A stretch of DNA of 61,339 bases from a virus. Lineage: Duplodnaviria; Caudoviricetes. The translations under genes were made by a program, and so were the position numbers. This document shows positions 10,147-19,656 of this stretch, piece by piece. The notes below the pieces were generated by a model. It searched no databases, was not told the DNA's origin, and saw nothing but the letters and a program-made list of their open reading frames with translations. The stretch's first letter is position 1, and each line of letters starts with the position of its first letter. The DNA is taken from the IMG/VR virus record IMGVR_UViG_3300021959_000036, positions 1 through 61,339 of that record; one strand, written 5' to 3'.

Positions 10147-12447
10147 GTGTCAAACATAGAAGTAGTAAAAAGGAACGGGTCAAAAGAACCCTTAAATTTA
10201 GAAAAGCTACATAAGATGACTTTTGAAGCGTGTGAAGGTCTAAGTAGTGTTTCTGCATCGCAGATAGAAATGAATTCTGGTATTCAGTTTTATGATGGAG
10301 TATCAACAAAAGATATTCAAGATATATTAGTTAAAAGTGCTGCAGACCTAATATCTTTAGATACTCCAAATTATCAATTTGCTGCAGCTAGATTACTACT
10401 GTTTGCTCTTCGTAAGGAAGTTATGGGACACTTTGACTATATTTCTTTACCAGAAATGATTAATAGAAATATTAAAAATGGCGTATATGATGAGAGTATC
10501 TTAGAGTGGTATACAGCAAAAGAGATAGAAAAAATAGACTCTTATATTAAACATCAAAGAGATCTTGAATTTACATATGCGGGACTTAGACAAGTAGTGG
10601 ATAAATACTTAGTACAAGATCGTTCTAGCGGACAAATTTATGAAACTCCTCAGTTTATGTACATAATGATTGCTGCAACTATGTTTGCACAATATCCTAA
10701 AGAAACGAGACTAAACTATGTTAAAAAATACTACGATGCTATTTCGACATTTAAAATTAATATCCCAACTCCTGTTATGGCTGGCGTTCGCACTCCTATC
10801 CGCCAGTTTGCTTCTTGTGTGCTTGTTGATGCTGACGATACTCTTCAGTCCATTTTTAGTTCTGATACGGCTATCGGATATTATACTGCACAAAGAGCCG
10901 GAATTGGAATCAATGCTGGAAGAATTAGAGCAATCAATTCTAAAATTAGAGGAGGAGAAGTCCAGCACACAGGAGTCATCCCATTTCTTAAAAAGTTTGA
11001 AAGTACGGTTCGTTGCTGCACTCAAAATGGTGTACGGGGCGGGTCTGCGACTGTCCATTTTCCTATTTGGCACAAAGAAATTGAAGACATCCTAGTTCTT
11101 AAAAACAATAAAGGTACAGAAGATAATCGTGTTCGTAAACTAGATTATTCAATTCAAATTTCAAAACTATTTTATGAAAGACTAATTGAAGACAAACAAA
11201 TTTCTTTATTCTCGCCACATGACGTTCCGGGACTATATGAAGCATATGGTACAGATAAGTTTGATGAATTATACGAAAAATATGAACGAGCCTATTCTGT
11301 ACCAAAGAAAAAAGTAAAAGCACAAGATATATTTATGTCTCTCTTAAAAGAACGAGCAGAAACTGGTCGTCTGTACATTATGAACTTAGATCATTGTAAT
11401 TCGCACTCATCTTTTAAAGATAAAGTATATATGTCTAATCTGTGCCAAGAAATTACCCTCCCAACAAAACCAATCCAACACATTGATGACAAAAACGGAG
11501 AAATTGCTCTTTGTATTTTAAGTGCTTTAAATCTAGGTAAAATTAGTAAGCTAGATGAAATGGAAGAGCTTTCTGATATAGCAGTTCGTGCACTAGACGA
11601 GCTAATTGACTTCCAAGGATATCCAGTTGATGCCGCAGAAAAGTCTACAAAAGCTAGACGTTCATTAGGTGTAGGATATATCGGAGTAGCACATTATTTA
11701 GCTAAAAACAAAGTAAAGTATGACTCTCCTGAAGCCTGGCAGCTTATGCATGATACTACAGAAGCATTTCAATATTATCTAATTAAAGCTTCTGTAAATC
11801 TTGCAAAAGAAAAAGGTGCTTGTGAGTATTTTAATCGTACCAAGTACCATGATGGTATTCTACCGATTGATACATATAAAAAAGAAGTAGATGAAATTAT
11901 TCGTGATCCTTCTTTAAAATATGATTGGGAGCGACTAAGAGAAGAAATCTGTAGACACGGTATGAGACACTCTACTCTTACAGCACAAATGCCCTCAGAA
12001 TCATCTTCTGTAGTATCAAATGCTACAAATGGTATTGAACCTCCTCGTGGTTATTTATCAGTTAAAAAGTCTAAAAAAGGACCTCTAAAGCAAATTGTTC
12101 CTGGGTACTATCACTACAGAAATTACTATAGTCTACTATGGGACTTACCTTCTAATGAAGGATATATCAATATTGTAGCTGTAATGCAAAAATTCTTTGA
12201 TCAAGCTATTAGCGGTAACTGGAGTTATAATCCAGAACACTTTGACGACAATGAAGTTCCTCTTTCTGTAATGGCTAAAGACTTACTTAGTACTTATAAA
12301 CTAGGATGGAAAACGTCTTATTATCAAAATACTTATGATGCTAAGAGGGACGAAGATGAAGAGCCACAACATAGTATTGGATGGCACGACGAAACAGAAA
12401 TGAAAGAACAAGAAGACGAAGAAGAGTGTGAAAGCTGTACAATATGA
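10147..12447 (+). CDS. nrdA: ribonucleoside-diphosphate reductase class Ia alpha subunit
   Basis: N-terminal ATP cone (VVKRNG), FASC, SNLCQEI, C-terminal CESC. Confidence 0.97.
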   Translation: MSNIEVVKRNGSKEPLNLEKLHKMTFEACEGLSSVSASQIEMNSGIQFYDGVSTKDIQDILVKSAADLISLDTPNYQFAAARLLLFALRKEVMGHFDYISLPEMINRNIKNGVYDESILEWYTAKEIEKIDSYIKHQRDLEFTYAGLRQVVDKYLVQDRSSGQIYETPQFMYIMIAATMFAQYPKETRLNYVKKYYDAISTFKINIPTPVMAGVRTPIRQFASCVLVDADDTLQSIFSSDTAIGYYTAQRAGIGINAGRIRAINSKIRGGEVQHTGVIPFLKKFESTVRCCTQNGVRGGSATVHFPIWHKEIEDILVLKNNKGTEDNRVRKLDYSIQISKLFYERLIEDKQISLFSPHDVPGLYEAYGTDKFDELYEKYERAYSVPKKKVKAQDIFMSLLKERAETGRLYIMNLDHCNSHSSFKDKVYMSNLCQEITLPTKPIQHIDDKNGEIALCILSALNLGKISKLDEMEELSDIAVRALDELIDFQGYPVDAAEKSTKARRSLGVGYIGVAHYLAKNKVKYDSPEAWQLMHDTTEAFQYYLIKASVNLAKEKGACEYFNRTKYHDGILPIDTYKKEVDEIIRDPSLKYDWERLREEICRHGMRHSTLTAQMPSESSSVVSNATNGIEPPRGYLSVKKSKKGPLKQIVPGYYHYRNYYSLLWDLPSNEGYINIVAVMQKFFDQAISGNWSYNPEHFDDNEVPLSVMAKDLLSTYKLGWKTSYYQNTYDAKRDEDEEPQHSIGWHDETEMKEQEDEEECESCTI

Positions 12448-13019
12448 ATAAAAAAGTAGTATTCTTTAACGGACCTCCCAGATCAGGAAAAGATTTAGCA
12501 GTAACAAGTCTTATGGATTGTTATGATAATGTAGAGCATATTAAGTTTTCTGTGCCATTAAAAACAGCATTACCAGTATTTTTTGGCTTGTCCCCTTTAC
12601 AAGCTATAAGACTAGAACAAACTAAAGATACTAAAACAGATGACTTACTAGGAATGAGTTTTAGAGAAGCACAAATTTCTCTTTCAGAAAATTGGGCGAA
12701 ACCTACTTTTGGAGAAGGAGTATTTGGGGAAATAGCTTTAAACAATATTAAACGGTCTGCTAACTCTTTATTTTTTATTAGCGATAGTGGGTTTTATGAA
12801 GAAGCTAAATGTTTAGTAGAAGCACTTGGAGAAAATAACTGTCTTTTAATTAGACTTAGTAGAAAAGGATATGATTTCAATAATGATTCTAGAAGTTACT
12901 GGGATCACGAATATAACATGAAAGAAGTAGAGATAAAAAATGATTCTAGTGAACAGAATTTGATTTATAGCTGTATTTCTGAAATTGATGGATGGAGAAA
13001 AAATGACAACAGTATTTAA
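12444..13019 (+). CDS. deoxynucleoside monophosphate kinase-like P-loop protein
   Basis: NGPPRSGKD P-loop, ISDSGF..E and DSR motifs. Confidence 0.7.
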   Translation: MNKKVVFFNGPPRSGKDLAVTSLMDCYDNVEHIKFSVPLKTALPVFFGLSPLQAIRLEQTKDTKTDDLLGMSFREAQISLSENWAKPTFGEGVFGEIALNNIKRSANSLFFISDSGFYEEAKCLVEALGENNCLLIRLSRKGYDFNNDSRSYWDHEYNMKEVEIKNDSSEQNLIYSCISEIDGWRKNDNSI

Positions 13020-14103
13020 TAAAACTAAAATTGATTTTACAAAACAGCCTATGTTTTTTGGGGAAGAGTTGAACTCACAGAGATACGATGTATTTAAGTA
13101 TCCTATTTTTGACAAGTTAACTCAGTCTCAGCTAGGATATTTTTGGCGACCAGAAGAAATATCGCTTCAAAAAGATAGAGGTGATTATCAGGAACTTAGA
13201 GAAGAACAAAAATTTATTTTTACCTCTAATCTTAAATATCAAACACTCTTAGACTCTGTTCAAGGTAGAGGACCCGCTCTAGCTTTTATACCTTTCTGTA
13301 CTTTACCAGAGTTAGAATCTTGTATGATTACTTGGGACTTTTTTGAAACAATTCACAGTCGTTCATATACACACATTATAAAAAACGTATATGCTAACCC
13401 AAGTGAGGTCTTTGACACTATTCTTGATGATCCTATGATTATCGAAAGAGCAGAAAGCGTAACAAAAACTTATGATGATTTTATTGAGTACGGCAACCGA
13501 TTTAAATTAGGTCTAGTAAATGATACTAAGGAACTTAAAAGAAAACTATGGCTCGCCCTTGTGAATGTTAATATTCTAGAAGGTATAAGATTTTATGTAA
13601 GTTTTGCTTGCACTTTCGCCTTTGGCGAGTTAAAACTTATGGAAGGATCAGCTAAAATTATTTCTTTGATTGCAAGAGATGAATCACAACATCTCGCTAT
13701 TTCTCAACATATTATTAAAAATTATCGTGCTGCAGAGGGCGATAAAGAAATGAGAGAAGTTATTAAAGAATGTGAACCTTTAGTATATCAAATGTATAAA
13801 GACGCTGTAGCAGAAGAAAAACGTTGGGCAGAGTATTTATTTGAAAAAGGTTCTATGGTAGGCCTTAACGCTCGACTCTTATCTGACTATGTAGAGTGGG
13901 TTGCAAATAAACGTATGAAAGCAATAGGACTTGATCCTGTTTTTGATCAAAAAGCTAACTCTAATCCCCTACCTTGGACTCAACACTGGTTAAACTCAAG
14001 GGAACTTCAAAACGCTCCCCAAGAAACAGAAATTGAGTCTTATATTGTAGGAGGTATTAAACAAGACATCAGTAAAAATACATTTGAAGGATTTAAACTA
14101 TGA
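13003..14103 (+). CDS. nrdB: ribonucleotide reductase class Ia beta subunit
   Basis: FWRPEE, ETIHSRSY, EGIRFY, DESQH motifs; start moved to ATG 13003 after GGAG. Confidence 0.96.
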   Translation: MTTVFNKTKIDFTKQPMFFGEELNSQRYDVFKYPIFDKLTQSQLGYFWRPEEISLQKDRGDYQELREEQKFIFTSNLKYQTLLDSVQGRGPALAFIPFCTLPELESCMITWDFFETIHSRSYTHIIKNVYANPSEVFDTILDDPMIIERAESVTKTYDDFIEYGNRFKLGLVNDTKELKRKLWLALVNVNILEGIRFYVSFACTFAFGELKLMEGSAKIISLIARDESQHLAISQHIIKNYRAAEGDKEMREVIKECEPLVYQMYKDAVAEEKRWAEYLFEKGSMVGLNARLLSDYVEWVANKRMKAIGLDPVFDQKANSNPLPWTQHWLNSRELQNAPQETEIESYIVGGIKQDISKNTFEGFKL

Positions 14104-14345
14104 AGAAAAATATTATCTGGTCAAAAGATGATTGTATTTTTTGCCAAAAAGCAAAACATGAACTAGATTCAAGAAAAATTCCTTATGAAGAAAGAAAACT
14201 AGGAGACGGCTGGACAAAAGAACAGTTACTAGAATCAGTGCCTAATGCCAAAACTGTACCTCAAATATTCATGTGGGGAGAATACGTAGGAGGCTACACA
14301 GACCTACAAAATTATATTGAGAATCATGGAATGAACATTGGCTAG
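14100..14345 (+). CDS. glutaredoxin
   Basis: CIFC, TVPQIF, GGY motifs. Confidence 0.92.
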   Translation: MKKNIIWSKDDCIFCQKAKHELDSRKIPYEERKLGDGWTKEQLLESVPNAKTVPQIFMWGEYVGGYTDLQNYIENHGMNIG

Positions 14346-14781
14346 TCGTAGTAAAATAAAAGGCTCTGCTTATGAAGCTAAAATAAGAGATTTATTAACA
14401 AAAGAACTTAAAATAGAATTTAAGCGTATGCCTCTTAGTGGCTCACTTGAGTATTTAAAAGGGGATCTGTGGACTCCACATGATACAGCTGCTTGGCCTT
14501 ATTGTATAGAATGTAAACATTATGCAGAAGTAAACTGGAATGGACTTTTAACCGCTACATCTTCTGATTTATTAAACTTTTGGAGACAGGCTGTTAGAGA
14601 AGCAGAAGTCATGAAAAAGAAACCCCTTGTTATTTATAGGTGGAATCGTTCTAAAGATTATATATGCTGGAATGATGAAATAGAGTTGGAAAATCAAATT
14701 CACTGTCAGGTCTTTGACTGTGACTTTAAAATGGGGTTACTCCAAGACTGGTTAAAAGTTTACAAAAAGATTGCCAAATGA
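14338..14781 (+). CDS. Holliday junction resolvase-like PD-(D/E)xK nuclease (T5 D14-like)
   Basis: SKIKGSAYE, KGD, IECK motifs. Confidence 0.85.
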   Translation: MASRSKIKGSAYEAKIRDLLTKELKIEFKRMPLSGSLEYLKGDLWTPHDTAAWPYCIECKHYAEVNWNGLLTATSSDLLNFWRQAVREAEVMKKKPLVIYRWNRSKDYICWNDEIELENQIHCQVFDCDFKMGLLQDWLKVYKKIAK

Positions 14782-14799
14782 CTGAATTTATTATATAAT
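14771..14799 (+). promoter_or_regulatory. sigma70-like promoter
   Basis: TTGCCA-17 nt-TATAAT upstream of D15. Confidence 0.6.
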
Positions 14800-14832
14800 A
14801 CATTATAAATTAAAAATAGAAAGAACATAAAA

Positions 14833-15687
14833 ATGAATACTAAAACTTGGGATGACTTAGCTGAAGTTGAAAATATCAAGTCCCAGCCAAAGTCTTTACT
14901 TGTTATTGACGGTAACAATTTGGCTTATCGTTGGCTTCACAGAAAAAACTATAACTCTTTTCAAAATGATTACATTCGAACAGTAGAAAGCCTAGCTAAG
15001 AGCTATAACGCAGAAAAAAGTATTGTATGCTTTGACTTTGGAAAAAGCTACTATAGAATGGATTTACTTGACTCTTACAAAGGTAACAGAACAAAACCAA
15101 AAGAAGAAGAAGAGCAGAAGCACTATGAAGAATTCTTTGCCTGTCTAAACGACATTCCCGATCTTTTACCTTGTCAATATCTTAAATTTAGGGGTCTAGA
15201 GGCGGATGATATCATAACTTTCCTAACATTAAATTTATCTGATAGATATGAACACACTTGGATAGTAACAAGTGATAGAGATATGTATCAACTTATCTCA
15301 GACAAAATAAGTATTTTTAATATGTTCTCTAGAAAAGAAATTGATCTTGGGGAGTTTTATGAAACATATAATCTAGAGCCTTCACAATATTTATTTTCTC
15401 GTATCTTAGAAGGAGATAAAAGCGATAATATATTAGGAGTAGAAGGTGTAGGCCCTAAAAGAGCACAACAACTTGCTAGAGATTATGAGTCTCTTCCTAA
15501 TCTATTAGATAATCTTCCCCTTAAAGGTAAATCAAAATACATACAAAATCTTAATCAAAGTAAAGACAAACTCATTAAAAATGAGCAACTTATCTCTCTT
15601 AAAAAATACAATAGAAATGTGATTGAAGCAGCTAAAAATGGAGAGGAAGTTTGGGAGATACTATGCGAGACAGTGAACAGCTGGTAG
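14833..15687 (+). CDS. flap endonuclease / 5'-3' exonuclease (T5 D15-like)
   Basis: IDGNN, YKGNR, EADD, SDRD, GDKSDNI, GVGPK motifs. Confidence 0.92.
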   Translation: MNTKTWDDLAEVENIKSQPKSLLVIDGNNLAYRWLHRKNYNSFQNDYIRTVESLAKSYNAEKSIVCFDFGKSYYRMDLLDSYKGNRTKPKEEEEQKHYEEFFACLNDIPDLLPCQYLKFRGLEADDIITFLTLNLSDRYEHTWIVTSDRDMYQLISDKISIFNMFSRKEIDLGEFYETYNLEPSQYLFSRILEGDKSDNILGVEGVGPKRAQQLARDYESLPNLLDNLPLKGKSKYIQNLNQSKDKLIKNEQLISLKKYNRNVIEAAKNGEEVWEILCETVNSW

Positions 15688-16259
15688 TTCTATACGAAGT
15701 TTCTACACTAGCACAACAATTATCAAAAGAGTATAATATCGAATGGGGACTTACGCAAGAGTCTCCATTTGACTCTGTATATTTTTTAAGAAACTCTAGC
15801 TTAAAAGAAAAAATAGTACCTAAAAAATCAATAAAAACTATATATACTGGATTGTATGTACAATTAACAGATCCTAGAGTTAGAATGCAAGTAGTTACTA
15901 ACTCTAATGTACTAAGAAGTAAAAATATAGGTGTATTAAATAGTATATTTGATTATGATTTTAGAAATGAGATTACCTTAATTGTATATAATTATGGTGA
16001 CAAAGATGAAAGTATTTCTCAAGGGGAAATTATAGCTAACTTAACTTTTAGTGGTTTTCCTTTAGTAAGGATTAAAAAAGTTGAGAGAGTAGAGTCAGGA
16101 GAAAAATACAAAGGGACTAAAGACAACAACTGGGTACAAGAAGAGAAAAAAGAAAGAACCAGAGACATTGTATCTAAAAACTACTCAAGAGATCACGAAA
16201 AAACTAATCCTATAAGTAAGCACATAGTAAATAAAGTTATACAAGAAAGAACAAGATGA
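15663..16259 (+). CDS. degenerate dUTPase-like protein
   Basis: T5 dut position; IYTGL, VLNSIFDYDFRNEI and GEIIANL resemble dUTPase motifs, but motifs II and V are lost. Confidence 0.6.
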   Translation: MRDSEQLVVLYEVSTLAQQLSKEYNIEWGLTQESPFDSVYFLRNSSLKEKIVPKKSIKTIYTGLYVQLTDPRVRMQVVTNSNVLRSKNIGVLNSIFDYDFRNEITLIVYNYGDKDESISQGEIIANLTFSGFPLVRIKKVERVESGEKYKGTKDNNWVQEEKKERTRDIVSKNYSRDHEKTNPISKHIVNKVIQERTR

Positions 16260-16462
16260 AAAAATACATACTGATATCTTTTTATACTGTACTTTGCATA
16301 GGTATCTTAATTACTGGATACTTTGAATATCAGATATATAACTCTATATACCATACTATAATAATTGTAGGAATACTAACAATTAATATTAATATATGGT
16401 ATCAATCAACACACACTAAGAATCTACACTCAACCTTAAAAAGGTGGTTAGGATGGAAATAA
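16256..16462 (+). CDS. small two-helix membrane protein
   Basis: Two hydrophobic stretches; translationally coupled on both sides. Confidence 0.5.
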   Translation: MKKYILISFYTVLCIGILITGYFEYQIYNSIYHTIIIVGILTININIWYQSTHTKNLHSTLKRWLGWK

Positions 16463-17121
16463 TGAAAGTAAAATTAATATCTCACTCTAGTAGTGATGTG
16501 GAAGGACTACTAAATTGTCAAGATTTAGTAGCCTTTTGTGCAAGGGTTTCTAACCCTTCTAATCAAATGAATAAGGAAACTTCAGAAAAACTTATTAAAT
16601 ATTTAATTAAACATAGTCACTGGTCGCCTTTAGAAATGGCTAACGCATGTTTAGAAATACAAACTACCCGTGATATTGCACATCAAATTGTAAGACATCG
16701 TAGTTTTGCTTTTCAAGAGTTTAGTCAAAGATACGCAAATCCAGAAGATCAAGGCGATATGTTTTCTTACAGCGAGGCTAGGCTACAAGACACAAAAAAC
16801 AGACAAAACTCTGTTGAAGTTGAAGACACCAAGTTGCAAAGAGAATGGGAACGGGCACAACAACGTATATCTGTTTTAGCTAAAAAAGAGTATGATGCTG
16901 CAATTAAATTAGGAATTGCTAAAGAGCAAGCTCGTAAGGTATTACCAGAAGGAATTACTAAAACAACTCTTTACATGAATGGAAGTCTTCGTTCTTGGGT
17001 ACACTATGTAGAATTACGTAGTGGGCATGGAACTCAAAAAGAACATATGGAAATAGCGAGAGCCTGTGCCGATGCTATTGAACCATTCTTTCCTATGATA
17101 AGAGATTTCGTAAACGAATGA
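16462..17121 (+). CDS. thyX: FAD-dependent thymidylate synthase
   Basis: HWSPLE, RHRSFAFQEFSQRY signature, TQKEH. Confidence 0.95.
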   Translation: MKVKLISHSSSDVEGLLNCQDLVAFCARVSNPSNQMNKETSEKLIKYLIKHSHWSPLEMANACLEIQTTRDIAHQIVRHRSFAFQEFSQRYANPEDQGDMFSYSEARLQDTKNRQNSVEVEDTKLQREWERAQQRISVLAKKEYDAAIKLGIAKEQARKVLPEGITKTTLYMNGSLRSWVHYVELRSGHGTQKEHMEIARACADAIEPFFPMIRDFVNE

Positions 17122-18233
17122 TTGCTTTTCATACCCAATACTATAGAGGATTGGGTCATGCAATGCGAATTAAGTATATCTCTGATAACTTACCAGCAAA
17201 TTCGTTTGTAATGATAAATCAATTATTTAATCCTCCTATTAAATATAATACCGAACATTCTTACTATTTAGAAGAAAATCCTGAAACATTAGAAAATGAT
17301 TATAAATTTCTGATGCAACGAGAGAGGGTTAGAAGAAGGTGGACTAAACTAGTAAAAATTTTAGATAAGCACCCAGAGATAACAAAATTGGTGTGCGAAG
17401 GATTTCCTTTTTGTCGTCAGCAATTTTCCTATGAATACTTTTCAATGTTTGAAGAATGTAAAAAAAGGGGAATTCAAATTATAATTAGTATAAGAGATTT
17501 TCCTTGGGACGAACCTCATTACGAAAGTTTACAAGATTGGGTTTCTAAAACTATAAATCAAACTATATTACACTATGATTGCAAAGTTCTAGTTCATGGA
17601 GATGAAAATTATCTACCCTTAATGGCAGACGCAATTAGAAACTACAACTGGTCAGAATTAGAAAAAGATTTAGAAAATAGAGTATTTTATACAGGTTACG
17701 TATGCAATCCCGATATTAAAGAACATAAAAAAGAAAATAATAATGTATACATAAGTTGTGGATTAAATAAAGAAGAAGGATTTTTTATATATAGTAAAAT
17801 CTTAAGGTCAGTCGTTAAAAAGTTTCCTGATCTTAATTTTATTGTACCTTTGGGAGATGCAGAGTTATTCTCTAAAATTGGAGGAAGAACTTCTAATAAT
17901 GTAGAGATAGTTAATTATATACCTAATTTATCTAAAAAATTAGAAAGTTGTACTGCTTATATAACTTATGGAGGATATAATAGTACGACGGATATTTTAA
18001 AAGCTAAAATACCTTCTATTATAATACCGCGACAAGACGGACATAAATTAGAACAACTTATAAGATGTTATAAATTTGAGGAGTTTGAGTGGTTTAAGGT
18101 GTGTTCGTACCACAGTCTTTTTAATATTGATGTTTATTTAAAAAGGCTCATAGAAGAGGATAACTTTCCAAAACAAAACGATATCAATTTAGAAGGAGCT
18201 ATAAATAGTGCCAGACAAATTGAAAACTTTTAA
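17118..18233 (+). CDS. GT-B glycosyltransferase (COG4671 / GT28 C-terminal-like)
   Basis: GLGH, GFPF, YTGY, GGYNST, IIPR...EQLIR motifs. Confidence 0.75.
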   Translation: MIAFHTQYYRGLGHAMRIKYISDNLPANSFVMINQLFNPPIKYNTEHSYYLEENPETLENDYKFLMQRERVRRRWTKLVKILDKHPEITKLVCEGFPFCRQQFSYEYFSMFEECKKRGIQIIISIRDFPWDEPHYESLQDWVSKTINQTILHYDCKVLVHGDENYLPLMADAIRNYNWSELEKDLENRVFYTGYVCNPDIKEHKKENNNVYISCGLNKEEGFFIYSKILRSVVKKFPDLNFIVPLGDAELFSKIGGRTSNNVEIVNYIPNLSKKLESCTAYITYGGYNSTTDILKAKIPSIIIPRQDGHKLEQLIRCYKFEEFEWFKVCSYHSLFNIDVYLKRLIEEDNFPKQNDINLEGAINSARQIENF

Positions 18234-18759
18234 TAAATTAGAATCTAACTGGAAAAAAGGACTAAGAGAAACTGAATTTAAATTCATAGAATGGATAATA
18301 AAAAATGAAAGATATGATTTATTTAGAAGTAAGCAGCCTAGAAAAAATTGGATTAGAGAAACTCTTTTAGAAAAGAAGTGTGCTTCTAAGTTTAAAACAT
18401 GCAATACTCTTGTTATGGTTGGGTCAGGAATGTATCCATATAGTTTGGTAGATTTAAATAAAGAGTACCCTAACATGAAAATGATAGGAATTGATTTTGA
18501 TGAGAAGTGTGTAAAAATTAGTCAGTTCCTAATAAAGAAAAGTAGAATAAAAAATTTAGATATAATTCACATGGACGGAAAAGACTATGACTATTCTAAT
18601 CTAGAACACGAAGATTTAGTATTTTTTAGTATAGATGTTGTAGGAATAGATGGTGTTTTTCAAAAAGTTATAGAAACAAGTAAGGCGCAGCCTTTTATCT
18701 GCGCCCCGGGTAAACATGCTTGGTTTAAAAACTCTTTTGGTGATTATTTAAAAAGTTAA
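18208..18759 (+). CDS. class I SAM-dependent transferase, nicotianamine synthase/CntL-like
   Basis: VMVGSGMYPYS resembles NAS FIGSGPLPLTS; IGIDFD motif II; DG motif. Confidence 0.55.
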   Translation: MPDKLKTFNKLESNWKKGLRETEFKFIEWIIKNERYDLFRSKQPRKNWIRETLLEKKCASKFKTCNTLVMVGSGMYPYSLVDLNKEYPNMKMIGIDFDEKCVKISQFLIKKSRIKNLDIIHMDGKDYDYSNLEHEDLVFFSIDVVGIDGVFQKVIETSKAQPFICAPGKHAWFKNSFGDYLKS

Positions 18760-18894
18760 TTTTTTTGGTTTCTTATTCGTAGAGATACCCTTACCAGAAA
18801 TTAAGCGTACAGCAATAGAATCTTTTTTCTTTTTGCTGTACGCTTTTTTATTTATCTTGGGCATAGATCGTTGTAAAAACGCGGGAATATCCAT
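18748..18894 (-). CDS. 48-aa basic peptide with FtsZ C-terminal-like N-terminus (not in ORF track)
   Basis: Manual translation MDIPAFLQRSMPKINKKAYSKKKKDSIAVRLISGKGISTNKKPKKLTF; ATG overlaps upstream stop (TAATG). Confidence 0.5.
   Translation of the reverse strand: MDIPAFLQRSMPKINKKAYSKKKKDSIAVRLISGKGISTNKKPKKLTF
18803..18849 (+). terminator. inverted repeat at convergence of + and - transcription units
   Basis: AAGCGTACAGCAA (18803-18815) / TTGCTGTACGCTT (18833-18845), 13-bp perfect stem running into a T-tract. Confidence 0.55.
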
Positions 18895-19133
18895 TATTCG
18901 CCTTTTTGTTTTACAACTTTTTTACCGTAGTTTAGTTGTCTTTGAGGATACGTTCCTAGATCAAGTCCGGTTCCGTTATATACCGCTTTGAGTTCTCTAG
19001 AAGCTGAGTCTCCTTCACGATACTTCATAACAGTTTTTTGCTTACGAACAGGATCATACTCTTCGGGCACACCATAACGGTTATCACCTATCATAATAAC
19101 CCTACGTTCTCCTTTTCCTGCTGCTCCTGCCAT
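18894..19133 (-). CDS. small basic hypothetical protein
   Basis: 79 aa, SD GGAGGA upstream. Confidence 0.65.
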   Translation of the reverse strand: MAGAAGKGERRVIMIGDNRYGVPEEYDPVRKQKTVMKYREGDSASRELKAVYNGTGLDLGTYPQRQLNYGKKVVKQKGE

Positions 19134-19148
19134 TTAGCTATCCTCCTA

Positions 19149-19409
19149 TTAGAAACGACCCTTGCCGTTACCACTGAGAGAAGTCCCAGTAACGCCTAGG
19201 GAGCCATTCTGTGGACCTTTTGAAAGACCATGAGCGTTTGTATCTGCTCCTGCATCATTACCAATAAGGCCGGGTGCTTCATTTAAATATTTCTTACCTG
19301 TTGCGTCTCCAGAAGCTCCAGGACCTGCATCGGTCCCGCCCTGTGGATTCATATCATAAGCATTTGCTAGATCTGCTGCAACACCAGTAACTTCTTTTCT
19401 TACTGCCAT
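19149..19409 (-). CDS. small Gly/Ala-rich hypothetical protein
   Basis: 86 aa, strong SD AAGGAG. Confidence 0.65.
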   Translation of the reverse strand: MAVRKEVTGVAADLANAYDMNPQGGTDAGPGASGDATGKKYLNEAPGLIGNDAGADTNAHGLSKGPQNGSLGVTGTSLSGNGKGRF

Positions 19410-19433
19410 TTTAAGTTCTCCTTTAAAATAAGA

Positions 19434-19607
19434 TTAGGATTTTCCTAACTTTCCTTTTCTTTTTTTGCCTGATTTTCTCTTAATCAAACCACGAGCCTTA
19501 AGTCTAGCTTCTGCTGTTGCTCCGATAGACTCTCCTCGACGATATTTAGCAAGCATCTTGTTAAGATGAGATTTCATTTTCTTGCCTTTGTAGCTTAAAT
19601 CAGCCAT
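19434..19607 (-). CDS. 57-aa highly basic protein (not in ORF track)
   Basis: Manual translation MADLSYKGKKMKSHLNKMLAKYRRGESIGATAEARLKARGLIKRKSGKKRKGKLGKS; fills the gap and has a promoter directly upstream. Confidence 0.6.
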   Translation of the reverse strand: MADLSYKGKKMKSHLNKMLAKYRRGESIGATAEARLKARGLIKRKSGKKRKGKLGKS

Positions 19608-19612
19608 ATTAA

Positions 19613-19641
19613 ATTATATCTTGCTAGTGTCTTTTTAGCAA
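19613..19641 (-). promoter_or_regulatory. sigma70-like promoter, probably giving a leaderless mRNA
   Basis: TTGCTA-17 nt-TATAAT, with the -10 only 5 nt before ATG 19607. Confidence 0.6.
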
Positions 19642-19656
19642 TAGTTATTTTCTAAA

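Noticed and set aside
1684-13115. Short antisense or alternate-frame ORFs in the track (e.g. 1684-1920, 3658-3996, 6733-7080, 10711-11073, 12846-13115)
   Set aside because: They lie within or across well-supported genes, have no motifs or RBS, and are expected shadow ORFs
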